A stretch of DNA of 64,000 nt from Lytechinus pictus (Eukaryota): assembly GCF_037042905.1 (NCBI RefSeq), contig NC_087246.1:34224001-34288000 (forward strand), in the 5' to 3' direction. The notes beneath the pieces are model-generated. The model saw only the letters and a program-made list of their open reading frames with translations. It ran no database searches and was not told where the DNA came from. Made by a program: the position numbers and the translations under genes. How positions within the stretch are numbered: position 1 is the first letter of the stretch; the number at the start of each line of letters is the position of its first letter. Shown piece by piece: positions 14,528 through 26,899 of the stretch.

Positions 14528-14844
14528 GGCCCGTATTCTGCAGTCGGGTTTAATTCAAACTCTGGTTTTAAGTTGTGGATTAACTATGGAAAGCCAGTTG
14601 TTACATAAATCTCTAACAGTAGAGGTTCTCAATGAATCAGCTCATTTGACTCCAAAACCATTATTAACTGCCTGGGAAGGATAAGTATAACAATAATTGT
14701 CTTCACCATTAAATAATTAGTGAAGAGCACAGTTTACATGAGAAGCATTCACTGTAAACAAAATTTTGACACGTTTGTTTTCCTATAATTTTAGCACAGA
14801 GTTAGACCATGGTCTAAGTTAAACCCGACTTCAGAATACTGGCC
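14528..14844 (-). mobile_element. GGCCCGTATTCTGAAGTC-TIR MITE, nested, inverted
   Basis: TIRs; AGT TSD; opposite orientation to the neighbouring copy. Confidence 0.8.
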
Positions 14845-16402
14845 AGTGTGTTCACATAGTGGACTGTGTAAAAATATCATTCACGCTTTTAAAGTGCTCA
14901 AATTCAACAGTGTGAAGATATCTTCACACTGTGGACACCTCGACAGTGTGACTGTTCACAGCGTGTCCAAGAAGTGGATTAAGTAAAATATGTGATCCAT
15001 ACTGTGAACACACTGAGGAACACAGCGTTCCTTCCAGGAGGGTCAGACAGTCATTTTAAAGATTTGTACTGAACTACTGAATCTCATTCTTTTTTTTGCA
15101 GGAGTTTCTGCATTTTATTCATAAATCAATAATAATTCATTATTGATAATTCATCCCGATAGGCTGAAGGTTTAAACCATTTTAACGAATTTCGACATGG
15201 GAATTCCTGCCTTGGATCCACTTGCATGCACCAACAGGGTACCCCCAACATGTCACCCTTTCATTGAAATTGTATGCAACATTTCCTTTATTCTTGATAG
15301 GAATGTCTCCGGCATGTATAAGTGGGCCACTCGAAACCTGATGAATTTCAACCATGAACATAATTCGCCCCACCTTTTCCACATAAAATGCATCATTATA
15401 TTGAACAGTGGTAAGACTGGACAATCTTTTCGAGTCTTGTATAAGTATATATTTCATATCTATTCATAACTTTTCACTTACTCCCGAACAAAATATTTAC
15501 CTATCAACCCTTTGCCAGAGTTTGCGCACAGTCACACCCCACACACGCATGTGATGTTGTGACTACATCGGTACATCGTTGATTGCTAATACCAGTGCCC
15601 ATCTCTCAGCTGTCGCCGAGTTGCCCGGGGGAGAGTAAGCTGTAGTTGGTGGAGACGCGTTTTTAAACGAACGCCCAAACATTGACTTTCACTTATCGTT
15701 GTTTGCAAAGATTACAATCGTACAACAGGAACCTTAAAGATCCCTGGCGTCGATATGTCACACCTATCCCTATCTTGGTTAGACGTGTCCTGAAGGGTGT
15801 CTTCAAATATCTTTGGGTCATGTAACATACCTTTCTTGTCAACTCGACGCTGTGCCATCCATTTCCTGACACGCGGAAGTAATGTCTGTCGTATAAATAA
15901 ACCAGAATACTTAAAGATGACGAGAAAATGGGCTGACAAGGAACATGTATGTTTGTTGGATAAAATAACACCAAATGCTGTGTGAATCTTAGAAATATTT
16001 GTGCATATTTATCACTGCATGAAACAGGCGCCGGTAAGACCGAGCATGTCTCTTGTTTTTTAAACATAAAGAGTAGCAATTACTTTCATTATCGCGATTG
16101 AAGCCGTGTGAGTTACTGTGACGATGACTATAGTGCCTATTAAAAAAAACTTTCTTGCAATAGTTACGTCATCAATGGTAAAATATGCATTATATTATTT
16201 CGGATTGTGTTAGAAACATAAAGAAACTTCGTTACCATGGTTAAGCCTACAGAGTAACAGCCATATCCCAGTTACAGTGGTTACCTCATGGTTGAGTAAA
16301 GATTATCGTAAGAAGATGGGGGTAAATATGAGAAAGATGTGGAGCGGAAGGAAGTAGTCGAAGAAAAGGAGGGCGACGATTGCACGGGGTGCTAATGTGT
16401 GA

Positions 16403-16640
16403 ATGATGTAATGGAGATGATGATGATGATAATGATGATGGTAATGATGGTTATAGTGTGTGATGGTGTTGGTTGGTATTGGTGGTGGTGGTGATGATGG
16501 GGATAATGATGGTAGTAATGATGATGATCATGATGATTGTGATGGTGGTGATGATGATGATGATGGTGATGATGGTGGTGGTGTTGGTTGTGGTATTGAC
16601 GATAATGTATACGATGGTGGAGATGGTATGATTGTTACAT
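16403..16640. repeat. Degenerate (GAT)n/(GGT)n microsatellite
   Basis: Visible trinucleotide runs. Confidence 0.85.
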
Positions 16641-17824
16641 GATTGTGATACCATGCTATCAACATGATCAAGGTATGCTAATAAGATATCACAAGATAAA
16701 GAAAATAATGCAATATCATATATAAGAACACAATTAAAATCACCAGTTAATCATGTTTCATTGAGCTTAATCTAGCATTCCTACCGTAATTGAGCCTACC
16801 TTTTAATTTGTCCTCCAAATTATTATTCATGCGCTCTTTTAATGGACAATCTAATTCTATTCGAGTAAAAAAACATGGATAGAATATATACGTGACGTGT
16901 ATTGGGGCAGGGGAATTGCTAGAGCCGTTGGCACATGTTTTTGTTTTCAAATTGTTCCAGACAATATATCAGAAGAGATCCATTAACGCTTACATGGTGC
17001 TGGCTCCATCCCGTGATTTATTTTTACTATTACCTCCATTCATAGCCAAATGTTGTTTTAAGATCATTGATATTGAAACATAATTAAAGATAATAATGAT
17101 TATGTTTACAGTTAGGAACTTTCAGTAAGCGTCCTGACTGAAAGTCTTCAGAGACATTGCCTCAAGGAGCTTGGTGTTGTCGTGTCTCTTTATATAGTTC
17201 TCTTGGGTTATTTGGAGGCGGTACAATGATAAATTATCTGAATACTGGAGATTCGTGGTTCGAATTACACCTATATAACGATAACATTTATGGTCGGCTC
17301 CCAGACGTAAATAATCATATCTGATTGATACTCGTCTGTAAAAACCAAAATACACAAATACGCAGCCTCACACACGCACGCGCGCACACGCACACATACC
17401 CACCACCACACACTCACATACCACACACACACCCACACACCCTCTCACACACACACTTGCATTTGCAGTGACGCCATATTACAATTGCACGATTAGCCAC
17501 GATTGAAAGTAGATATCCAATCTTGTAAAAAAAATTGTAGGACACTTTCCCATTAAGTAGATTGGCAGGAATCATATGATACTGTATATATCCGATAGGA
17601 ACTAATGAGTTTCGACATGAGATAGCGCCCAATTCATTACCGAAAATTAGTTCATCGCAATCACGACAATCGCAGATAAACTCTTCCAACAAATGTTTCC
17701 ATTCATCATGATTATTATTTTCATTCACGTTATGATTGGGACGAATAGGAAACGTGTGGTTCTGTGGTCACTTATATAGGACGTCAAGGCCAGATACAAT
17801 TCAAATTTTCTGTTCATGTGGAGA

Positions 17825-17915
17825 TAATAATAATAATAATGATAATAATAACGGTATATTTACCCAGGGTAGCCACTTCAGTTCCGAAAACTATTCTCCC
17901 AGTGGGCCCTGCTAT
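17825..17915 (-). mobile_element. 3' tail fragment of a SINE/LINE ending in (TTA)n
   Basis: (AAT)n run adjoining a short GC-richer structured segment. Confidence 0.35.
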
Positions 17916-19327
17916 TATTAGGAGAAAAAAAATAAATGAATGGAAATGACATATTGAGCCATAAATATTGGTTTTAAAATATATGATACTCTATATCTTT
18001 CACCAGTATTAACGATAGAATAAATATTGCCTTGAAAAGCTTATATTAAGATGTCCCGTGCAGAAATACAATGATGTTTTGATATACTTATGGAACATTT
18101 TTTTTGTCATCACATACGATTATCAATGCGATTCCCAACCTAAACTTCCAGCAGATCTTCACAAGTGTTTTCTCAGAAATCTATATTCAATGTGTTACTA
18201 ACTTCTTCTATTTTCTAAATTATTTCGTTGTCTTTTGGGGTCACATTCGAGATATTGTTGGTTTTTTTAAATTTCATTTTTGATTACCTTGGCAGCATGT
18301 TCATCAGCAACCTCGCTTTATAATATCAATATTTCGGTATATTTCAATTGAATTCTCATGTTTTAGGCAGACCAGAGCTCTGTTTGTTTCTCTTTTCCGA
18401 TCTCTTTTATTACAATGTACATGGAATCCAAACCATAATCGTTAGTGCGACGCGAGACCGATACGAACCACGTGATCACTCATCTCCACAAATGTTTGTG
18501 GAATACCGCAGTTGCATTGCGGATCTCAGTTATTTGCATTTTCAATTTCTAGGCAATTTACGTTCCGGTTATGGGATGATTGGAAAGAAATTGAAACAAG
18601 AATCATATGAGATTCTTTCATATTTGGGAGGCCGGGTTTGAGGGATGAATTTATCCATTACGAAACCCCCAAATTTCAATGCATGTGGAATGCACTTTTG
18701 GTCACCGTTATAGACAGAATGTGAACTAGATCTAGGGCGATTCCATCTCGTCTTGCATATTTATCGCAATTAGTTTAAGTACTTGTAGGTTGTTAATGAC
18801 AGAAATATATGAAATATTTGTGAAGAGGGTACACATACCGTTATATTGCCTCTAACAAAGAAAGTATTTTTTATTATTATCGTGCTCTTACTTTTCACAA
18901 TGTGAAAAGTATTCTCATTGAAATTCTCATCTAAATTTTCGGCTTTTATAGGCCGATATAAATTCACCCATTAAGAGATATTTTTTTTTCTTAAGCTGGG
19001 CCACTGTACTGAATATACAAAGAGTTAAGTGGTGAAGTCTAAAAAAAGAAACAAATTGAGGATAGTCCTGTACATATATATAGCAGCAAAGCTAATGCAA
19101 AACTGTATCTTATTTTTTTATGAAGAGGTTCTCTCTGTCATTATTTGGTTTTTATTGCCCCCAGACTCCTTCCAAAAATATGATAAGCAAAAAAGGGGGA
19201 AATCACCCCACAACGCTTAATATTTATCTTCAAGTGTTGACAACATACGTGGATATATATACCAAGTGTGACGTAGACAATCAACGTAATTATACAAAGT
19301 TAAAGCTCGCAGATCGTGAAATTTGAA

Positions 19328-19434
19328 TTAATAATAATAATAACATAGGGTATTTATATTGCGCACATATCCACCTTGTATAGGTGCTCAAGGCGCTCCT
19401 ATATTACCCGGCTAAGCTAGGCGTTCAAAGCGCA
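19328..19434 (-). mobile_element. 3' end of an L2-type SINE/LINE
   Basis: Minus strand reads GAGCGCCTTGAGCACC...GTGCGCAATATAAATACC...(TTA)n, typical of L2-dependent tails. Confidence 0.5.
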
Positions 19435-22167
19435 ATTATGTTAGATTATAACGGCCTACAAATGTGCACTAATGTATCTTCTGTATAAAGCTGTGGCAAA
19501 GTTCAAAGCTAAAATCAATAGCCCTGGATCCAACTTGCAAACTAACCAGACCAGTTAGAAACCAAAGAAGCCACCGTTTCGCTAAATTCTTCTATCAACA
19601 TAATAACATGTAATAAACGGCGTGTCCTTAAGACGAGAGTGGCATACGTTCGCAGGTGTTTCCTTTCCTCGTATGTAGATCTCCATTTTATACCCCATCG
19701 CTCCAAAATGGGTTATTTGAGTAGATCGGTCAATATTTTAGGGGCAATTTGGGAGAAATATCGATGAGAGAAGGTACATTTACCGAGGAACGCTTGGGCA
19801 CTCGGGATTTAATAAAATGGAGGCGCAGCAAGCTGTTACGTTAACTATTCCCAATTTTCCGACTCATCCTTTTGAATATCAAGCTTGCACGCAGTCTTGG
19901 CTCCGAATTCATTTTACGAATATGAGTTTCGAAATGAATTGTACATTTTGCCTCTATGCAAGAGTGTTTTCCCTTTTTATAAACTGCAAAATCAATTTAA
20001 AACTGGACAGTTTTGATGTAGGTATAAGGGATCGTGTATTTTATACATTGATTGTATATGTTTTTATATTTATTATTGTAAACTCACATCTTTAGTCTTT
20101 GGTCTAATTGAATTACTAGTAGTACAATGTAACAAGTTGATGTTATGTTATGTTATGTATGCAAATGACTTCTTCTTAGTGCTATATATTATAGAGATGA
20201 AATGGAGGCATAAAATAATAACCACCCCCCAAAAAAAGATTAGATAAATTTTGAGCAAATTATCTGCAGAATACTGGTTTGTAGAATAAGTTATTCAGCA
20301 TTGAACGTGCAAGTGAAGGAGGCAATTTCAGGGAAACTCAGACAATGAAATGAAATACGAAATTAGGAATGAGAATATTTTCCCCTCAACATATTTAGTG
20401 ATATTTTGTCTATTACTCTTCTAAGGGTGCGTTTAGGCGCCACTTTTTTACCCTAGAATCATGATTTGAATCATGATTCAAATCATGATTCTGCAGAATA
20501 CGAAGCAATAAGCTTATTGAAACTTCCTGGGTTGAGGGGGAGGGAGGGGGTATACATCCATACAAGCCAAACTTACTATTTTTTAGCACTACCCTTCTAT
20601 CTTTCTTCCTCTTCACATAATACAGGCTGCGGGAAATCCAGCGGAGGGGAGGGGGGTATTGTACGGTCCCTCTGCATGGGAGCCACTTTCGGGGTGGGGT
20701 TAAAAGGGAAAAGAGTATGGAAAGGAAAATGGGAAGAAAAGGGAGAGAAGAAAAATGCAAAGGACCTTTACCAGAGTCAAAGATTTCGAAAGGGTGCTGA
20801 TACTTCGGGTGCCCTTTGCACATGCATGAGAAGTTTGGAACTGTGGAAGATCCTACAAAGGCACTATCTTTGACCCCCTTGGTCTCTGTCTCTCTCCCTC
20901 TCTCTATCTTTCTCTCTGTTTTTGTTTGTCTCTCCCATTGTCTCACTCTTTGTCGTAATGTATCTCTCCGTCTCTCTCTATGTACCTACTGTATTCCCTA
21001 TTTCCCCTGTATCTGTCTTCCGCCCTTTCTCTCAGTCGCCCTTAAAAACTTTGCCACCCCTTCTTCTTGGACATGATGGTATGAAGACTTCTCAATCCCA
21101 GGGTTCATACGAGCACAGTCATATCCCGAACCATTTCCCGCCAAACCGAGCCAATAAAACTCACCCGTGTTCATGCATGTCGTCTGCTTAATATTGTATC
21201 CATTCACGCGTCAAAGAAACGGCGGAAAACATGGAAGATTTATGACACAGGAATTCGTGTTTTTTCTTATAAACCTTAGAAGAAGAGAGTTGGACTCGCA
21301 TCTGGGTGACAGCTTTATCATGTAGGCATGAAGTATCAGAAAATGTGTGAGTGCCATGTGTAGCAATGTTTCCTATCCTTCTGAAGGCCAGGGTTGATAC
21401 GGTGTATATTGATTTTACACAGAAAACAACACATGCATCTCCACCTTCTAAAGCCATTAATCTTCTTTTATCTGTTCACCTTACAGTTTTGCACTTATTT
21501 CTCTGTCTACGAATTGCGCTTGTGTGTAAGAGGATCACAACAGTGATGTATCTTCATGATAAACTTTAGTTCTGTTATTATTCATATGGAATTATTGAAT
21601 AAACTCATACGACGTGATTTAGTTGAAAATTGTTAATATTGCATAAAAAAAATTGCTGAAGATAATAAATCACCAAATGAAAGTAAATTAATGCAATTCA
21701 TCTGAAGTCACATATGCACTGCTCAAAGAAAAAAAAAAGAAGAAGACCAAGCACGCTTTGTTGACCCTACCGTATCGACTACATGAATTTGTAATTGAAA
21801 ATGATGGCATCTAAAGTTTTTGAAGCTGAACCATTTCATTGAATGAGCCTATTTCGAATGCACGTATTCGTAGATGTTGTATAATCATCATCCCGAATCT
21901 TTCTAGATTACGTTTATTCCACAATTCAATTTCATGATTATCATTTACGTAGAGAGAATGAGAACATGGCCTACGGGAGAAACCTTATAAAGACCTATTT
22001 TATTTAGACCGTAGTAGAATGATAAAAATCATATTTTGTGAGTTGTGACAGATTTTCAAACAATATATATAAAGAATATTCGTACTGTACCATTCTCGTT
22101 TTCATATCTTTTTTGGGGGAAACAGCGACAAGCTACCCCCCCCCCCATCTACACGCCAGTGCCTCCC

Positions 22168-22296
22168 ATCTTTCGCCTTAATTATTGATGGAAAGATGCA
22201 ACACCCGTCAGTGGATAGTAAGATCTACCCTCAACTATCTTCCGCCTTGTTGATGGAAAGATGTAACGCCCGTCATCAATGGATAGTAAGATCTAA
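22168..22296. repeat. Local tandem duplication, ~65-bp unit x2
   Basis: TTGATGGAAAGATG-AAC-CCCGTCA...TGGATAGTAAGATCTA occurs twice. Confidence 0.7.
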
Positions 22297-22856
22297 CTCA
22301 TCGGTTGTAGTCATATTGAGCAGCATCTCCAATGCCCCCAGGCCTAATTCGAGTAATTGAATCAGATTTGACCTTCATAAGTCATTCGACCTTGACTGAC
22401 TCGATCACGATGTATGATTACTATTCCATCGACTGATTACGGTGCCAAGTAGCCTACCCTCGCAGTCAGATAAAATAATGTAGGTAAGTAATCCCAAATG
22501 CGATCCCGATTCCATGCAAGTAAAAACAACATCCATAATCATCTTGTGAAGACGTATTTTGAAGAGGTTAAGACAGAGATACCAAAGAGCTGACCTCCTC
22601 TATACTCGGATTTTAAGACTGTTTAAAATGAATTTACAGTCATGGAATATTCAGAGGCAGTGTGATCCATGTATCTCCTGATTCGAATAACGCGAGAGAG
22701 AAACAGAGAAAGGGAGGGGGGGGAGTGGGAGGGGGTTGTCATTTCAAAATTATAAAACAGTATCTTTTTTATTTTGCAGACAATATACCTGATTAAAAAT
22801 TCGAGAATAAAATAGTTCCAAAATATAGCATTACAAATTTAGTTGCTCGGCAACCA

Positions 22857-23108
22857 CACTCTAAAAAAAATTGGGTAAAAGTGCTCCATGAGGGTAATTA
22901 TGTGTCCAACCAACATTGGGCATTTCTTTTGGGCATGTTTATTTATCAAGTGTGATGAAAATTTGCCCATTCTAAAGTAATTGCTGCCTATTTTTTAACC
23001 TTACTGGACAATATGCTTTCCGCATTGGGTAAAATACTGCCCCAAATTTTTAGGATACATAATTACCATCATGCTGGTTAAAACGTTACCCAATATTTTT
23101 TCACAATG
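22857..23108. mobile_element. CACT-ended MITE, copy 2
   Basis: Homologous to 10111-10336 (inverted) and 60958-61213. Confidence 0.7.
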
Positions 23109-23706
23109 AAGGTAGATTGGGAATTCAAGGCAGATGATTTGTGTTCGTAAACACAGGATTTTTAAAATGAAGGAACATTATTTCGGAGTTAGGTACCAAA
23201 TTTTGAATACAAAATCAAATTCAAATCAAATTATGTTTATTCATATTCATTTTCTTTAGAAATTCAATTTGATACGGGGGGGGGGGGCATGCATGAGCCC
23301 TACGTCCCGACAGCTACGCCATTGATTTCTGGGAAATAATGGATACATTGAACCTTATTGGTCTTTCATTACGTAGTCTGACACAAGTATACCTACTTCC
23401 GGTCTTCTGGGAATGCAATCAGCATCTTCAAATACTAAGTCAAATATCTTCTCACGCTAGTGGTGCAAATACGGGACACTGGTTCGAAACGTTTGACAGA
23501 GTATAGATAAGAGTGGGGTACGAAATGGCGACAGAGAGAAACGGAGAGAAAATGAAAAGGAAATAATGTCATATTTTTTAAATGAAGGGGAGATAGATAA
23601 AGAAAGAGAGAGAGAGGGTGGAGGGGAGGGGAAGGGATGAAAGAGGGAGGGAGGGAGAAGCGACGAGAGAGGGAGGTGTATCTGCTTCTGTCTCCCTATC
23701 TCTTGA

Positions 23707-23901
23707 GGTGCCGTGGCCGAGTGGTCTAAGGCGCCTGGCTATACATGGAAAGTCCGGGGTTCGATCCCCGGCCGCGGCACCTATGCCCGTGAGCAAGGCA
23801 TTTAATCTACAATGCTCTTTTATCATGCTTTCAAATAAATGGAAATGCTATATGCATTATTGGAAACTAGATGTGCACTTGTTTAAAAAAAAAAAAAAAA
23901 A
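23707..23901 (+). mobile_element. tRNA-derived SINE
   Basis: A box TGGCCGAGTGG, B box GGTTCGATCCC, SINE body GCCCGTGAGCAAGGCATTTAA, poly(A) tail. Confidence 0.8.
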
Positions 23902-24091
23902 TCTCTCTCAATTTCTAGGGGAGGGCATTATGCAAGTCGTCGAACATTTTGTATCGCAGACTACTTGGAATAAGGCCATACAGGCTTCTTCTACGGCACA
24001 ACTGATTTCAAAACAATACCAAAAAAAGTTCTTCCTGTATATTCGATAGATAAAAGTCACTGCAGTAGATTCAATGAAAAAAATAAAGTGT

Positions 24092-24163
24092 TAGCAGAGC
24101 GAGGTTTCGATCCTCGGACCTCTGGGTTATGGGCCCAGCACGCTTCCGCTGCGCCACTCTGCT
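24092..24163 (-). tRNA. tRNA-iMet (CAT), consensus
   Basis: AGCAGAGTGGCGCAGCGGAAGCGTGCTGGGCCCATAACCCAGAGGTCCGAGGATCGAAACCTCGCTCTGCTA; A1:U72, A54/A60, C33 and three G:C anticodon-stem pairs are eukaryotic initiator hallmarks. Confidence 0.95.
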
Positions 24164-24425
24164 TCACGGTAAGTCCCCTAGTATCTTCACATAATGAACC
24201 CAGTTTAATGATCATGAGAAAAATCTCTAAGAACGAATGAAATGACAGCAAGAAACAATTAAAAACATATATAGCAGAGCGAACCTTTAAAAGACTTCTC
24301 ATTAATGGGCTAGAGCAATTTTGCTTTTATAATGAAGAATATTTTGTATTAGAAAATCAAGCAAAAGAAATAGACTTCCTTTCATTTTAATCAAAAAATT
24401 AAACGAAAAAAAATCATAGGCCTTC

Positions 24426-24497
24426 TAGCAGAGCGAGGTTTCGATCCTCGGACCTCTGGGTTATGGGCCCAGCACGCTTCCGCTGCGCCACTCTGCT
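24426..24497 (-). tRNA. tRNA-iMet (CAT), consensus
   Basis: Identical to array consensus. Confidence 0.95.
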
Positions 24498-24715
24498 TCC
24501 CGATATATACTACTCTCTTTTCATAATGATTCAATTTTTATCAATTATGAAAACGATGTAAAGGAGTGAATGAAAGGGCAACAAGGAACAATTGAAAAAA
24601 ATACAGATTTAGCAGAGCGACTTTGCAAAATACTCCCCATACATGGACCAAAGCATCGCTAATTTGCTTCTATATATATGCATGATGAACAGTGCTTAGA
24701 AAATCACGCAAAAAT

Positions 24716-26899
24716 TCAGATATTCAGATATTCAGATATTCAAAATTTATTGTCATGCTCAAAAATAAAAATTACATTGGCACAAAAATCATATTCCGGC
24801 TGTTGGTATACAAAGAACAATATATAACATATAATAAATAAATTACAAAAATAATGGCATTAAATAATATACAAAGCAAAAATTACACAAAGACCTAATA
24901 CTAACCCAGAACAATATGATACCCTGCAAGGGCAGCTGCACTGAAAACTTTACCTGGTGCCGAGGGGGGAAATGCCTCGAGCACGGTGCCAGTCCAACAC
25001 ATCCATGGGCCCCGGTTCGACATTGAAACAATCACAACACATCACACTACAAAAACACAAAAAACCCATCCACACCACACCATGCCGATAAACACACCCC
25101 CAAAACTCCACACCAAAAACACACCACACACCACAGAAACATCTCACACCACAACACAACACACCATACCAACCCACACTACACACTACAAGTCATCGAT
25201 AACAATGATGTCGAAACGGCACCCATCCAGTGCTGGACACCACCACCACGCCCGGCGGTCCCCCCTCAGGACCAAGCAGCATTGCCTCAGCACAGCCGCC
25301 CCCGCAACGTATAAAAGTAATATAGCATGACAATTAAGTACAATACAAGAAATCAATTGGATTAAAATACATGTTGGAGTAAGTACTTGGCGGTATTTCG
25401 GTTTCAGTTTGAAGGGTATTGCCCACTAACAAAACAATATTGCACATGATATAAATTTAAGGGGGGGGGGGGGGGCTCATCGTTTAAACTCTGCATTGTA
25501 CAGAACCATTGCATTTGTGAGGAAAGAACATCTAAACCTACTAGTCCTTATTCTTGGTAACCGGATCCGCCCAGACCTATTAAAAACTACAAAGTCATGG
25601 AGGGGATGGGTATCGTCTCTGATGATACTATGTAGCTTATCCAAGACTGCTTTGTAAGCTATGTCTTCCAACTGGGGTATTGGCAAACCTATCACTTTAC
25701 TGGCATTTTTTATTGCCTTGCTCAGCCTATCCTTATTCTGGGAAGTTAGACCAAAAAACCAGATAGCACAGGAAAAAGAAATGATAGGTTTGATCAAACT
25801 TTCAAAACAGAACAGAAGAGTCTCTCTTTTGACGCTGAAAGATTTCAACTTCCTCAGAAAGTATACTCTCTGGTTCGCCTTTGAGACAATTTTTTGAGTG
25901 TTAACATTCCAGTTCAGATCATTATCTATGTGGGTGCCAAGATATTTGTATTCTGACACTATCTCAATTTCATCTTGATCAATGACAATTGGGCAAGGGT
26001 CATAATTCTTTTTCCGAAAATCCACTATCATTTCTTTTGTTTTCTTAGTGTTTAACAACAATGACATCTGTTTGCAACTTGCAACAAAATCAGCTACCTT
26101 ATTCCTGTACTCAACTTCATTATTGTCTTTAACTAGTCCAATTATACATGTGTCATCTGCATATTTAACTACCTTACAGTGTTCTGTATTAGACTGATTA
26201 TCTGAATCGCTTGTGAAAAGAGTATACAACATTGGCGACAATACACAACCTTGCGGAGTGCCTGTGTTGAGAATTTTTTCTTCAGAGAGCACATCCCCCA
26301 TTCTTACTCTTTGGGGCCTATTTGTCATGAAATCTCCTATCCATAGTAAAAGCCGTGGGTTGACATTCATGTCATACAGCTTTCTAATCAACATGTGAGG
26401 TACAATAGTGTTGAAAGCCGACGTGAAATCTGCAAACAAAATTCTAACATATGTAAGTGGTTTGTCAAGATGACCTAATACAGTGTGAGTCAAAAAAGCA
26501 CATGCATCTTCAACACCCCTGTTATCTTGATATGCAAACTGAAGTGGGTCCACAATGTTCTTTGTTTCTTCCTTTAAAATATCTCTAACAACCTTTTCAA
26601 AACATTTCATAATCACAGGTGTTAAAGCTATAGGTCTGAAATCATTTAACTGCCTTGGTTTGGCAACTTTGGGTACAGGGGATATAATGGCAGATTTCCA
26701 CAACAATGGAATTGTGTGCGAGTCTAATGACCATTGGAATAATCGACTAAAAATGCCACACAACTGTTGACTACATGATTTTAACATTCTTCCGCCTAAC
26801 CCATCTGGGCCTGTTGCTTTACTACTCTTTATTGACTTAAGCACCTTCCTAACAACCTCTTCAGTAATAACATTCCTGTCTTGCTCTGTTACATGACCT
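24716..26899 (-). mobile_element. 5'-truncated non-LTR retrotransposon, Rex1/Babar-like
   Basis: RT ORF; 3' end AATAAA followed by (TGAATATC)n tail; AAAAT TSD at 24711-24715 and 26900-26904; empty site visible in paralogous spacers (e.g. ~29502-29520). Confidence 0.9.
24919..25312 (-). other. Long imperfect RNA hairpin in the LINE 3' UTR (two ~105-nt arms, ~185-nt GU-rich loop)
   Basis: 24919-25023 is inverted-homologous to 25208-25312; most differences give G-U pairs only on the sense (minus) strand. Confidence 0.8.

Larger units (their letters stand above)
14189..15042. mobile_element. CCC-ended non-autonomous element (CMC/EnSpm-like) with CACAGTG subterminal repeats, hosting two MITEs
   Basis: TC|CCCTACTGGAAAAGAAC ... 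GTTCCTTCCAGGAGGG|TC: imperfect TIR and 2-bp TSD. Confidence 0.6.

Noticed and set aside
12912-16079. Short ORFs at 13.3-13.5 kb and 15.7-16.1 kb as exons of a host gene
   Set aside because: No recognisable domain or consistent splice structure.
20413-21207. 177-aa and neighbouring ORFs
   Set aside because: They run through CT/GA low-complexity sequence and a palindromic (GAATCATGATT)n MITE-like fragment.
23707-23790. tRNA-like head as a real tRNA gene (also 47858-47930)
   Set aside because: No proper cloverleaf; each continues into a SINE body and tail.
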